Under the pieces are notes generated by a model, which did not search any database, was not told the origin of the DNA, and worked only from the letters and a program-made list of their open reading frames with translations. A program made the translations under genes and the position numbers. 64,000 bases of DNA from Tubiluchus corallicola (lineage: Eukaryota; Animalia; Priapulida). The number at the start of each line of letters is the position of its first letter. Positions within the stretch are counted from its first letter, which is position 1. Below, in pieces: positions 1 to 11,678 of this stretch. The stretch is taken from the NCBI GenBank assembly GCA_030141605.1, contig JAQGDQ010000208.1, positions 62,001-126,000 on the forward strand, given 5' to 3'.

Positions 1-74
1 ATTGCAAAAGTTCTGATATTTCTAAACAATGAAAAGTAGCTTTAAATTTTTTAAAAATGATGGAATTTTATTAC

Positions 75-211
75 CTGCACAATCAAAGATGTAAATGGCC
101 TTGTAAGTTTGGTGAGGTATTCTTTCTCTTCTGGCTCATTGTTACCTGTGTGATTGTTTTCAGGCTTGTCCATTTGAGAAAGCACAGCACTGGATAATTT
201 ATACAGGTAGC
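75..211 (-). CDS. SLC34A: SLC34 coding exon 5 (start of large extracellular loop); gene continues beyond window start
   Basis: ttcttag| ... gtgcag|gtaata, phase 1-0. RYLYKLSSAVLSQMDKPENNHTGNNEPEEKEYLTKLTRPFTSLIVQ matches the SLC34 LxxxTxPxTxLIxQ pattern and has an NHT sequon. Confidence 0.9.
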
Positions 212-983
212 CTAAGAAAATTGAAATATTATATTTCATCTTCCCTAAGAATATAAAAACAAGGCATTATCATTAAATGTTTTAATTTATTAAAATCGAT
301 TTTGACTATCACTTTCTGAACAACCCAGAAATCAATTAATTAGGTAATCAACAGAATTTCGAATATTCGTTGTGCAAGCTGCTTATTTGTGCTTATAATA
401 GTACAAATTACTGACTTAGTGCTTGTTCAACCTGATTATGCCATTTCTTCTTTCATATCAGTAACGTGCAGCAAGAAAACTGCCACAAAAATTGACAAAT
501 CACTTGTATGACGCGCAAACTTTGTGGCCCGAGCCAAGCTTGACCCGCATCAATCTATCAATGGCCCCCGAGTATTATAGTACCTATTCGCATCTGGTAG
601 CAGCAGTCGTACTGACCTAGTCGTCATTCTGCCACCTGTATCTTTTTTACTATATTTACTTGTAAGAATAAGAATCAACAGAAGCATTTATTAGTAATAC
701 AACTGCTTTATGTATTGTTATGTTATGTATTATGCAACTTATACAGATTTACAAGGCATTATTAAAATAAAAAAATCCATTTTAAGAGAAAAACAGCAAA
801 AAATACTTTTTGAAAGTAGACTGAACTTTATTTTACAAAATTTGCCGCTTACACTCGCGGTTACTTAGGTATCATAATGGAGTGTCATACACTCAACTTT
901 GACCCAAGTGACCCATTACAAAATGGCCACCCAAATATCCATGATCTATAACACAATAAGAAAGAAACGAAGCCACTACTCAC

Positions 984-1175
984 GGGTAGCATATTCTAAT
1001 GGAAGCAGAACAAAAATGGTGAGCCAATTGAACATGTCATGCACGGTTGCACCAGCAAAAGCTAGTCGAAATTCATCTTTGGCTCCAACTTGGCCAAGAG
1101 CAACTATGGTATTCGTTACTGAGGTTCCAATATTGGCACCCATAATGAAATATATGGCAGGTTGAACAGTTATCA
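984..1175 (-). CDS. SLC34A: SLC34 coding exon 4
   Basis: ttctag| ... |gtgagt, phase 1-1. [64 protein letters not shown] carries the hallmark [11 protein letters not shown] and AFAGATVHD motifs. Confidence 0.96.
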
Positions 1176-1556
1176 CTAGAAGTAAAAATCAGAGTTACTG
1201 CTAAACTGAATGCAGTGAATGGCTCATTATCGGTAGCATGAAAACAATAAAATTAATGTAAAATTTAGCTATAAAAACAAACTTTGTACTTCGTGATTAA
1301 GAAAATAGGTTAATATATATAGCGAAAATATAGCAGTACAATCGAAATCGTAGTTGATGCTGATATAATTTGTGTGCAAACTGTCATACTTGTGGCAAGA
1401 TACTTAAACTTATGGATTTTTCTGTCAAGAGACCACCAAGGGATCAATGGATGTGGCACATTGGTAAAACCACAAGTAGACTATTATTCCATAGCTGTAA
1501 TTGCTACTGTAAATTCTAAATTTAAAATAATAATTATTTTGCTTATGCTCACTTAC

Positions 1557-1700
1557 GGTTAGAAGATACCATTGTAACTATAATGGATGATGAAGTAGAC
1601 GAGCTTTGTACAAGCACTGTGGTAAGAACACCCATCATCATTGCAGCTATTGGATTTTGAAAAATTTCGCTATTTGTGAAAACATGACCAGCCGCCTTTG
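1557..1700 (-). CDS. SLC34A: SLC34 coding exon 3 (QSSS hairpin motif of repeat 1)
   Basis: tttcag| ... |gtaagt, phase 1-1. [48 protein letters not shown] contains the [22 protein letters not shown] signature. Confidence 0.95.
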
Positions 1701-1849
1701 CTGAAAAACAAACCAATCTGTTTTCAATTTGATACAAAAGTTTTGGTACAGTAGTCTGGTACAGAAAACTTTAATGATTAAAAACCCTAAAAACGGAAAG
1801 ACTGCTAATAAAGATAAGTTGCAAAAAAGGGAACGGCGATATTCAAGAC

Positions 1850-2167
1850 GAAAATAAATAAAGATAATAAAGTAAACCGAAGTAATGAATCCATGGAAAA
1901 TGTAGTTTAAAAGTTTCCCAATAAGATAAAGGTAAGGAATACACGAATAACAGCAAAGAGAACAACAAAACAATGAGAAAGAAGATGACAATGCAGATGA
2001 GAATGCAGATACGATCGTCGGAGAAAGAAAATAATACAGTAAAGCTAAAGATAAAGATAGCGATAGAACTAAAAATATATATGGAGATAAAGATAACGAT
2101 AAAGCTAAAGATAAGGAAAATGATAAGGACAGAAATAAAGATAAAACTAAAAATGAAGATAAAGATG
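1850..2167 (+). repeat. Degenerate (AAAGAT)n-type hexamer low-complexity tract in SLC34 intron
   Basis: Recurring aaagat/aaagct/aaaact hexamers; explains spurious ORFs 1647..2186 and 1973..2173. Confidence 0.75.
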
Positions 2168-2485
2168 CTGTGACACGCATTATCAAGGCTTGATATGGAT
2201 CAAATTCAGAAATGCGACAAACGTCCTTTCAGGGTCAGTGCTATCGCAAACAAAGACAATTCTTTTTCGCAACTTGGAAACACAACACCTTGCAAAATGA
2301 ACTAGGTCTTTCAAATATCATGGTCTTAGTCTAAATTTTGTAGTTGATACTTCATAAAACCACAAAGTTTTTCTTGTAGGTCTGCACATAATTTTACAGA
2401 AACTAGAGTTTACAAAGCCAATAGGAAATGATATCCATTTAGACAACTTGACAATATTTCAGTTAGTGTTATACAGGCGACCTAC

Positions 2486-2617
2486 CTCCCACAAGTCGGA
2501 ATGCCGACCCCATAAAGTCTAAAGAGCAAATGAACAGGTACAGAAAACACAGCAACAGGACTGTCTTTCCAAGCCACCCGAACAAAACCTTCCTACTCTT
2601 GTCTCCTGCCGATAATT
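2486..2617 (-). CDS. SLC34A: SLC34 coding exon 2 (first TM helix)
   Basis: Not in the ORF track. ttacag| ... |gtaggt, phase 1-1. Translates ELSAGDKSRKVLFGWLGKTVLLLCFLYLFICSLDFMGSAFRLVG, matching the SLC34 LYxFxCSLDxxxSAFxLxGG motif. Confidence 0.93.
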
Positions 2618-2803
2618 CTGTAATAATAACGACATATACATTTTAAGAAATTATAATAATTGTCATTGTACAAAACGACAAATAGGTAAATTATAAGTGC
2701 AAAAAAGGTCCCTTGGATGTCCTCTATTTTGCGGCCCAATAAATATTCATTTTTTTGTTTTGCACACCATGAAACTCAAACTGATAAGACAAACAATCCT
2801 TAC

Positions 2804-3251
2804 CATGCCACGGTGTATTTTCTTGATCCATTTCTGTTGACAACGAAATATCGCATTTCTTCAAGTCACCATTAAGTTCCATTGCTTTTTCAGATTCACT
2901 GTGGTCTTTTATGTCCACGTTGTTAAGCTCTGCATTGTTTGCTAAACAGATCACAGATACCTCGCATTTCTTGATGTCACCATTAAGTTCCATTGCTTTT
3001 TCAGATTCACTGTGGTCTTTTATGTCCACGTTGTTAAGCTCTGCATTGTTTGCTAAACAGATCACAGATACCTCGCATTTCTTGATGTCACCATTAAGTT
3101 CCATTGCTTTTTCAGATTCACTGTGGTCTTTTATGTCCACGTTGTCAAGCTCTGCATTGTTTGCTAAACAGATCACGGATACCTCGCATTTCTTGATGTC
3201 ACCATTAAGTATAACTACTTTTTCAGGTTCAGTGTGGTCTTTTAGATCCAT
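2804..3251 (-). CDS. SLC34A: SLC34 (NaPi-II) sodium-dependent phosphate cotransporter, first coding exon (cytoplasmic N-terminus with 37-aa repeats)
   Basis: ATG at 3251 with an in-frame upstream TGA. Ends ...TPWH-G|gtaagg (donor at 2803, phase 1) and splices in frame to the next exon. An acceptor ttagcag lies 19 nt upstream of the ATG. Confidence 0.8.
2851..3248 (-). repeat. Coding tandem repeat, 111-bp (37-aa) unit, ~3.6 copies
   Basis: attgctttttcagattcac recurs at 2881, 2992 and 3103 (period 111). Protein unit DIKDHSESEKAMELNGDIKKCEVSVICLANNAELNNV. Confidence 0.97.
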
Positions 3252-3454
3252 ATTTTAAACTCTGTGTCATCTGCTAAATAAACTTCGTTAGTTGTTTTGA
3301 TCGTAGCACAGCCGCAAGGAAACCTAACGTACGAAGTCTGATTATCGCTCTGCACCTCTTAGAAAAGGTGGAATAGAAATGAAGTAGCATAAAGGTGAAT
3401 TTGGTCAGCATTCAACCCAAGTAATGTTAACGTGCATCTCTTGTTCAATCCTAC

Positions 3455-3500
3455 CTGCCCGCACTGCCTGGCAACCAGTGACGCGCCCCTGTTTTATATA
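3455..3500 (-). promoter_or_regulatory. Predicted SLC34 core promoter (TATA box + Inr-like) and ~11-nt non-coding first exon
   Basis: The minus strand reads TATATAAAAC (3500-3491), then GCAGT about 30 nt downstream (A at 3465), then gggcag|gtagga (donor at 3454). A matching acceptor sits at 3271-3273. Confidence 0.55.
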
Positions 3501-3819
3501 ATTAACCCATTGTTGACTTTCATCCATTCTAGGAAGGGCTCGTGCTTTCCTTGGTCACACCGCTATTCCGGCTTTTGCTGGTGTTTTAATAGTGTTGTCA
3601 TTGAAAACATTCCTTCCTTCCTTCCTTCCAACATTTTACGCTGTGCAATTCGTACATTAAACTGAAGGTTGCTGAAGGTCTAAAGGAAAGATAGAGAGAA
3701 AGAGTGCATCTTGATGCACGTTATAAAAGTAGGTCACAGTATTTTGCAACACGTTTTCCTTCTACCAGGAAAGACTTTTTAGACTTTGGCCAAAAGCCAG
3801 AAAGCCAACTTTATGTAAA

Positions 3820-3832
3820 GGGTCAAAGTTTC
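3820..3832 (+). promoter_or_regulatory. DR1-like nuclear receptor (HNF4-type) element upstream of SLC34
   Basis: GGGTCA-A-AGTTTC resembles the DR1 consensus RGGTCA-A-AGKYCA, ~350 bp upstream of the predicted TSS. Motif match only. Confidence 0.3.
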
Positions 3833-4689
3833 CTTAATTAGCATATTAGGTTCGCATAGTATAGGTGAAACTACCAGACAAAGTGTTAGCAGTCCGCTGT
3901 CTTCCTTTTTTTATTCTTTTATTTTGATATCAATTTTTGCTGTTTCCACGACCATCTACCCATCATCTTAATTATCTGAAATACGTATCACATTCTCATG
4001 CTCTCATTAAAGAATGTATATATCATACACAAAACCTACTAGCGCTTTTTTACAAGCATCAAAAACAAAACTATACAAAAATCACTTTTTACAAATAGAT
4101 TTAAAACCAGTTTCCATCACATGTGGTTCGGTACCAAATGTGTTGATCTAGAATCTTCGTAGAATTGAAATGTGGTTGTTGTTTTAAACTTATCTAGGCG
4201 GCCTTGAGGTGATTTCCAGAATCAGTGTCTTTATTTTCTTGTTAGGTAATTCTGGGATAGCAGTTCACGATATTTCATCTAACCGCTACATTAGTTTGCA
4301 TGTTAAAATGTCATTAGCCTTTAGTTAAGTTTTTTATGTGCTAATGTAATTTTGAAGTATATTTTGCCCAGAATGCGACGACATTAATTGAAATTTGCAA
4401 CAGCAATTCAGAATTTTTCATTTATACCAGAAATCTTGTATTCTTGTTTATATTGTAATGCGACAATGATGTACATGAACATTGTATATACCAAATATGT
4501 CAGAATTAGTGAAAGGAGAAATATAAAAGCGCATGTAGGTGGGAAAAGAAAAAAAGGAAAATTCAGATAAAGTTACTAATATTAAATACTAACAAAGCTC
4601 ATTGTCGGACATTAGCCAGCTTACGACATCAGTCCATTTTACCATACCTCTAATTAACTATTTCTGCAAAGTTATTTAATTTCTCAGGT

Positions 4690-5200
4690 ATTAGAGCATA
4701 TAAGCAAATCCCCTTACAATATTGCAGTATTCAAAATGCAGGTAATGCAGGTAATATAATTTGGTCTAAAGTGCCTTTTTCAGAATTTTACTTTTTTGTA
4801 ATTTCTGCAGCCTTATTAAGTTTACAACACATATAATTAATTTGTTTTTTGTGACAGCGACTGACACTAGTATTACTCTAAAATTTTTGTTTTTACATCT
4901 TCTTCAATGGTAAGTCCATTCAATATTATGTCTACGTCATTTTTACAAACATTTTATTCTTACTGCACAAGCATAAAATTTGATTGTCAAGTTGTCAACA
5001 TTTAGAGAAAGCTTGTGTGTATTCTCTGAACCACTAGGACAAATTACTCATTTTTTGTTAACAATTTTGAATAAAGCTCTATAGATTCATGCGGTAACAT
5101 TATAATCGCGTCATCAGCAAAGAGCACATGTTTTGACAAACGCGTAAACTAAAAATAGTAAGGACCCAAAGATGGAGCCTTGTAAGGACTCCACTTGCTC
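4690..5200 (-). mobile_element. Decayed non-LTR retrotransposon (CR1/L2 group) reverse transcriptase fragment
   Basis: Frameshifted minus-strand motifs in the correct order: GVx/QGSIFGSLLFLVY, VLFADDA (FADD 5110-5121), WF..KLSLNV, and EYCNIVRG (cf. YCxxVWG). Confidence 0.75.
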
Positions 5201-5300
5201 TATCAAGCTTCATAAATGGAAAGCTCAATTGTATATTCACGTTCTTCTGCTGCAGGCTCAGGCTAATTTTTTCAAGGAATGTTAGACTGTTAACGCATAA

Positions 5301-5504
5301 AGTGGCGCTTAGGTAGCATCCGGATGCGTATGCGTCTTCACTGCGGAAAAGCTGCGGAAAAACCAATAAGAATAGCTGCAGAAAAAGAATGATGCGTATA
5401 CAGGTTGCCTAAACGGGTGCCATTGAAAACAATATAAACCGATTTTATCTATTCCGCCCCCCCCCCCAAACGCATACACATCCAAATGTTATTTAAAAGC
5501 CACT
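5301..5504. mobile_element. PIF/Harbinger-type MITE (204 bp)
   Basis: 35-bp imperfect TIRs (AGTGGCGCTTAGGTAGCATCCGGATGCGTATGCGT vs reverse complement of the right end AGTGGCTTTTAAATAACATTTGGATGTGTATGCGT, 27/35), flanked by a TAA target-site duplication (5298-5300, 5505-5507). Confidence 0.75.
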
Positions 5505-6229
5505 TAACACATAGAATATTTCTCTCGAAACACGAATCAATAGTTCTACTGTATATTATATGCGGTTGACTATGTAATGCAACAAAAAAGTGAAAGTAGT
5601 TTGTGCAATATCCATCACGTAAGATCGTACGCTAAGCGTTGGCCCGAATATCTTTGCGCAATATCAGACCAACTCACTTGTGTAGCCATCAAGCACAAAA
5701 TAATGGAGTTGATTTGCTATTTCTACACATCTGTAAACTGTAACCTTCAGTGCCGGTGACAGATATATACGCATGTATTTATGATACAGCGTAAGTAAAT
5801 ACGTGTAATAATTTTAAGTGATTAAAGTTTGCATAGCTCGTTGTGAAACACCAGGTTTTTAGAGTGCAGATTTATGCCCGATGCTTAATGTAAATTATAT
5901 ATTATTATTGTTGTTGTTGTTGTTGCTGTTGCTGTTCTCTTTTCTCTTGTGTTCTTAATAGGGCGCAGCTTAATAGGCTCAAATTTCGGATGACGTGTTT
6001 TAATAGTCCCTTTAAATGTTCTGCGTAAGGAAGAGCTTCAGAACGAAACCGCCATTCAAGCGATTAAGCATGTAGCTTCCACGCATCCTGAGCAATGGAA
6101 ATAATTGCAGCGGGACCAGTAGGTAACAGATTTAAAGCAAAATCACTTCGTTGGCGTATAGTCCAGTAAATATAAAACAAGACCTCCCACTTCCAGTACA
6201 CCCTGTCATCCAAACTTCTGCAATATGTA

Positions 6230-6232
<3 letters not shown>

Positions 6233-6311
<79 letters not shown>

Positions 6312-6329
6312 CATATATATATATGTATA
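6233..6329. repeat. (TA)n microsatellite
   Basis: Near-perfect TA run seen directly. Confidence 0.98.
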
Positions 6330-6349
6330 CTGATGGACCGCTAGAGAAA

Positions 6350-6976
6350 TTAAGTGCGTCTGATATAGGATGCAAAATTGGCGGTATTTACATTGGTGTT
6401 TTAGCTTATGCTGATGATATTACACTCATTGCTCCTAGTGTAAGAGCTCTACAATGTATGGTCTACAATGATAGGCAAAGACTTTGCTAGAAAGTTTGAT
6501 ATCAATTTTTGTAATGCACAGGGAAACAAGGCAAAACGTAAATGTATCGACATTTTTTCTAATCGCATTTTTTTCTAATAATTTTTTTCTAATCGCAAAT
6601 GTCAAGTAAACTATCAAATCTCGTTAATCTTACTTGAAGGGACTACTATGCAATTTTGTAAAAATATAACTCATCTCGGTCATGTTTTAACGTGTAATCT
6701 TGATGAGCATAATGAAACCAAGTATTGTTATTTCTTTAAGGGGTCTCAGCTATATTAAATTTTAAATTATTTGACCATTTGTTGAAACCATATTTATAAC
6801 ATATACTGTTGCTATGGTTTTTATTATTTTTTACTTTGTTTTATCACATGAACAAACTTTTTTCCTTTACTATGTACAGGTTGAACTAATTTATATTGTA
6901 ATTCTTATCATTTATTGCTTTTTGTGTATTTATTGTACCGTATAAGAGAATGAATAAGTGGTATACATAAATAAAA
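6350..6976 (+). mobile_element. Decayed non-LTR retrotransposon RT fragment and possible 3' end
   Basis: GCKIGGIYIGVLAYADDITLIAPSVRALQCM (YADD 6407-6418), later ITHLGHVLTCNLDE, with stops and frameshifts in between. AATAAA near 6970. Confidence 0.8.
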
Positions 6977-9900
6977 TGCTACACCACTGTAAATAGTTTG
7001 AGCTTTGGATGAAGTTTTCACTCTGGGATGACATTCACAAAGCTAAGAGCGTAGCCAAGTGTTCGAGCTTTCAGTTTGATGAAGTTTACAAATTGCCGCG
7101 AAGAAGTACTAACTTAGACTATTCTTGAGCATACAGTCAACACGCTAACTTTATATTACGGACGCTGATTCGTTATCACCGTTCATGTTGTAATTGTCTA
7201 GTTTGTTGTTGTTTGTACGTAACTGTCATCATGCCTTAAATTGACATGTAAATTGGGAGATGTACTTAACACAAGATGGCTCAAAAGTCACTTTTCTTTT
7301 GAAAAATGAAAAAAGTTCTCAATAAAAGACGACAAACATTTTTTTAAATATATTAGGCCAATTGTTATTCTGGGAATGTTCTGCCATAACTGATCGTAAA
7401 GTATTGTAGATTTTATTGTAGAGTACATTTCAGATTGTAGCGCTTTGGTTTCTTGTCAAAATTAATATATAGATTATTCTTTAGCTCTTGGAGTCTTTAA
7501 GGGTTTATTCATGCAAATCCTTTCTTTAGATCTTTCTGTAATCCTTTCCTCATGTAGGACTTTCTGGCCGCTTTCCTGGGTCTACTCAACATTAATTGAA
7601 AAAAAACATAATTATTATTGCATTATAGGCAGTTACTCTATCCTGCTGACGGCTGTAACGAAATATCATGGGCCTGTGATCAATTTCACGGCAAAGCTAA
7701 GTGCAATAAGTTTGGTCAGTACGGTTTTGCATAAAATGTTGTAAATTGGTAGGCCTACTATGCTTAGAAACTCATTTGATCTGATAAAAAGTATTAATAA
7801 AGAAGAAACACTGCTGGAAAAAGTGTTTTCTTTGTTTCTCTCTTTCGAGTTATGAAAACTTGTCGCCTGCGATCTACCTCTTCAGTCAGTCCAGTAGAGA
7901 CGTCTATCGTTGCAGTTTATTACTAATATAGCCAAGCCACGAAAAGGAAGATTCCTTTCTGATAGACTCAAAGAATGAAAACTTCGTCTTGCGCTTGGGT
8001 GCGAAAACAAAATACGCGGAATTGTTTTTTCTCGAAATGACGTAATAAATATATTAACAGTAATTAGTTTGGGTTAACTATCGAAAATTAGAATAATCAA
8101 TTTTGTAATTGCTATTTTGCAATGGCGGTCAATCATCAACGATCAATGAATTAGTCACTAAATTTTATTGTTCCACGGAAAATCAAACACGTACCGTGTT
8201 TCAGTGTGATGTCACTGGACTGATTAATCAATTAGACAGACTAGTGGTAATAACGACTAGCCTAGGCTGTACTTACAGTCATATCTTTGCTATAGAGAAA
8301 TAAATTACTATTGATTTATGATTATGATAGTGTTACAACTTATATGTAATAGAACATGTATAACAACTTACATTAACCATATGGCATAGGCCTTTGTAGT
8401 TCAACTTTGTACTTTAAGCCTTTGTGGTTGGCTTTTTTGGCGACAGCAAAAGTAAAAAGGCCATCGATTAGCAAGTGAAAAGCTCGTTAGTAGTTTTATG
8501 TCTGACTTCATTGCCAATTAATTAGTGATTCACGTAACACAACGTCTAGATAATCGTACAAAGAAATAATGATCATTTGTTGTTACTACTAACTGCAATC
8601 AGCATAGACAGTAATTAAGCGCACAAGGACTTTTGCTTATTAGCTATGATTACGAAGCCATACAGAAAGATAGTAACTCAATTCTCGCAAGTTTTTATGC
8701 AGAATTGGGCATAGCTATCAAAGGGAAAGGTTCTTATTTGCCAACTGTCGAGCTTTCTGTTAAATTACCAGGTATACGCATAGTGTCTTTTATGTCAATA
8801 CATTTGATGTATAGGCGCACGTGGTATTTGATCAGATGTCTGTACAGAAAAGCTGATTTTCTGATTAATGTTTGCCGAATTTTGAGATTCGTAAATTATG
8901 TATATAAAGAAAATTAATGTTTTCAGTTGACTTTGCTTGATCTTCTTTTAGACGTAACGACGTTGCACAGGATTTACTTCGCCAAATAAGTCTAACACGG
9001 TTTTCAGGTTCTTTTGTCTTATAGGCCTTTTTTCAAACCATGAGAGGGGTAAATCGATTGGTTAAATCGAAGTTGAAAAAACGTGATCAGTGTCATGTGA
9101 CAGTATTTCTTGGTTGACCAGATTTATTTTTAACGCAACGTTAATGCGTAATGCGTGTGACATCGCACATAAAAATAAATAAATACATAAAGAGACAAGT
9201 ACATAAACAGCCCTACTTTTGTATTCATCATGTCCGTACAAACGTTGTTGTCGTGAGCTACGCCAGTATGGCATATTTCGAGTTGAAGTGTTTTTTACCC
9301 TGTTTGCATGGATCTGTCCTTATAAACCGGTTCTTGAATGTAAACGTGGTGTTAAATTTGCATCGCGCCCAACTGGCCATGTAATAGCTGAATTAGACTT
9401 TTTTCATAGATCTATTATAGATGGTATTTTTTGCGCCAAAGGCCCAGCTAGCCAGGAGCCACATAGCGCTGACAATCGCTATGTTGCGCCTTTGTTCATT
9501 ATCGAGGATGACCATGGGCACAGTATAATATGTATCTCTAAAGTCTTTTTGTATTAGACTTAACGTAAACATTTAATGTAGTCATGTCGTAATTTAGTCA
9601 TATTGTAATTTCTTTTCTCTTTACTAAAACGTAGATCTCTTATAATAGACCAGTAAACCTTTATTACTAAACATGTATTAGTTACTCTTGTTTCATTGTC
9701 ATTGTAAACACATGTATCATCATAGCAAAAATGTAATATTCATCATAATTATGCTCATATTTTAATTACTTGTTCTTGTTTTTGATATAAACCTAATAGT
9801 GCATACATTTAGAGAATTGCTACAAATTCAACTCAATCTAGTATTTGTTTGTGTCGAAAATGAGAGAGTAATTGAATTCAGGGCATTCAGTCCCCCAAGT

Positions 9901-10849
9901 TTTGCTCTCCCGCATACTTTTATAAAATTCAAACTTTTTACATAAAGTTAAAAAATTAAAAATATTCAATTGAATCGTTAAAATCAGATAAAATATTTTC
10001 GAAAAATAAAAATCAACCATTCATCGTAACAAAATTAAGCGAAAAAAACAGTTTTCTATAAAATGTCTAATAAGTCGAAAAGAACATGATGCAAGTAGAT
10101 ATCCATGCTCCTTTCTTTTCTCTTTTCATACAGCAATTATAACGAAAGTAGTAGAAATATGACAGATATACGATTATCGTGTGCGCTTTCTTTTTTCAAA
10201 CTTTGAAGTGCCAATATATTGCAGGAATTAACCATAACAACTACCCGCAGGGAGAAAGTTCACGTAAGTAAGGCTGATTAGACCAGAGTTTCAGAAGCCG
10301 CATGTAAGATTAGTGGAGAATTAGTTTGATGTACAAGAAAATGGCAACAAAATAAGAATATTGTTAGGAAAACAGAAAAAAGATTTTGCAATACCATCTT
10401 GATGCACGGTTATGCTGACAAAGGAAAAAAATATTGCAAGTAGTAGTAGTGGTGGTATATTGACCATAAAATTAATATTTACAATCTTTGATAGGGATAG
10501 CAGAATTAAAACATTTCATAGTCCACCAGCAACAGAATACAAAAGTTAAAAAAATTCCCAATAATAAATTTTCATTCTGTGTCAGTGAAAAAAATATGAA
10601 GATATGATAATGAGTGAGTTGAAACTAGAAGATGATTCAGCAATGTAGACAGAGACAATGTGAATAAGCTTACAGAATTTTACAGAATTGTAGCACCTCG
10701 TTATGGTACTTGCAAAATTGGTGTGTTTTCTTATTCATAAGCTTTTAAAATATTAAAGCTGATGTCAAATACCAAATTGAAATTCATAATTGACGTTAAG
10801 GGTGTAAAGCCTACATTGCCGAATCTTCTTCTAGTTTCAGCTGTTAACT

Positions 10850-11500
10850 AATTTAGTCTGGATTTCTCCATAGTTACAGAGTCTCTATCTTCTTTCTACG
10901 TTACAGCATCTGTCAGTTTCAACTGAAATGCCGTACATCTCAGGTGTTGAATCCGGAATAACGGGTGCCACTAAGCCTGAGTTGAACTCTTTAAATGTCT
11001 CTCGTTTAGTTGAGACTGTTTCTTACAGTATCTACCAGGAGAGATAGTTGCTGCTCATAGTACTCACTTATACTGATTCCAGGTAGTCCATCCAAGCACT
11101 TATACAAATCACTGTTGCAGAGTCTTGCTATCTCATATGCTTTAAGTAACGGTTGATGATTTTCTGGATTGGCTAGTATCTTTTGCCATATTTTCATTTG
11201 TCTACATTTTACCCAAGTGGTGAAAGACGGGTATCCAGTCTCAAGAAACACAAGATCATTGCACGTTGAACGTCTGCCTGACACCATATACGTTTTGTTG
11301 GGCATAATACTTTGCAGATTGGCTTTGTCCCTGAGCTGTAGAACATACCAGCTATAAGGGAGCCATCTAATACTGTTTTCTTAATCCAATACGGATAATC
11401 ACTATTCTTGTGTACAAAGCAATAAAATTTAAGAATGTCAGCATTCTTATATTCAAGGTGCTTTGAAACAAGTGACATCATTTTCGCATCTTCCATAACA
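10850..11500 (-). mobile_element. Decayed 3' part of a non-LTR retrotransposon ORF2 (post-RT region)
   Basis: KFYCFVHKNSDYPYWIKKTVLDG..MFYS, then RSTCNDLVFLETGYP..VKCRQMKIWQKI, then ISVETDR..RLC (cf. LxxETGRW..RLC). Frameshifted; clade uncertain. Confidence 0.6.
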
Positions 11501-11596
11501 CAAGGTATATACTGAAAGAATATTAGTCGCTCCTTATGATATAAGTTCATTATCACGATTAACTGTGCTAAACACATTATGTGCGCCAATGAACAT

Positions 11597-11678
11597 GCAG
11601 CGACCATACATGGTCTGTGTTTTAGCGATCAAAGTTAAGCAATGTCGATACTGGTCAGTGACTGGATGGATGACCGCC
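11597..11678 (+). mobile_element. 5S rRNA-derived segment (SINE3-like head or truncated 5S pseudogene)
   Basis: GACCATAC ... CGATC-AAAGTTAAGCAATGTCG-ATAC-TGGTCAGTGACTGGATGGATGACCGCC is collinear with the 5S internal control region (box A AAGYTAAGCA..GTCG; box C TGGATGGGTGACCGCC). The 5S 3' end is absent. Confidence 0.7.

Noticed and set aside
2911-3258. 115-aa plus-strand ORF with repeats
   Set aside because: Antisense shadow of the SLC34 repeat exon; no independent splice or homology support.
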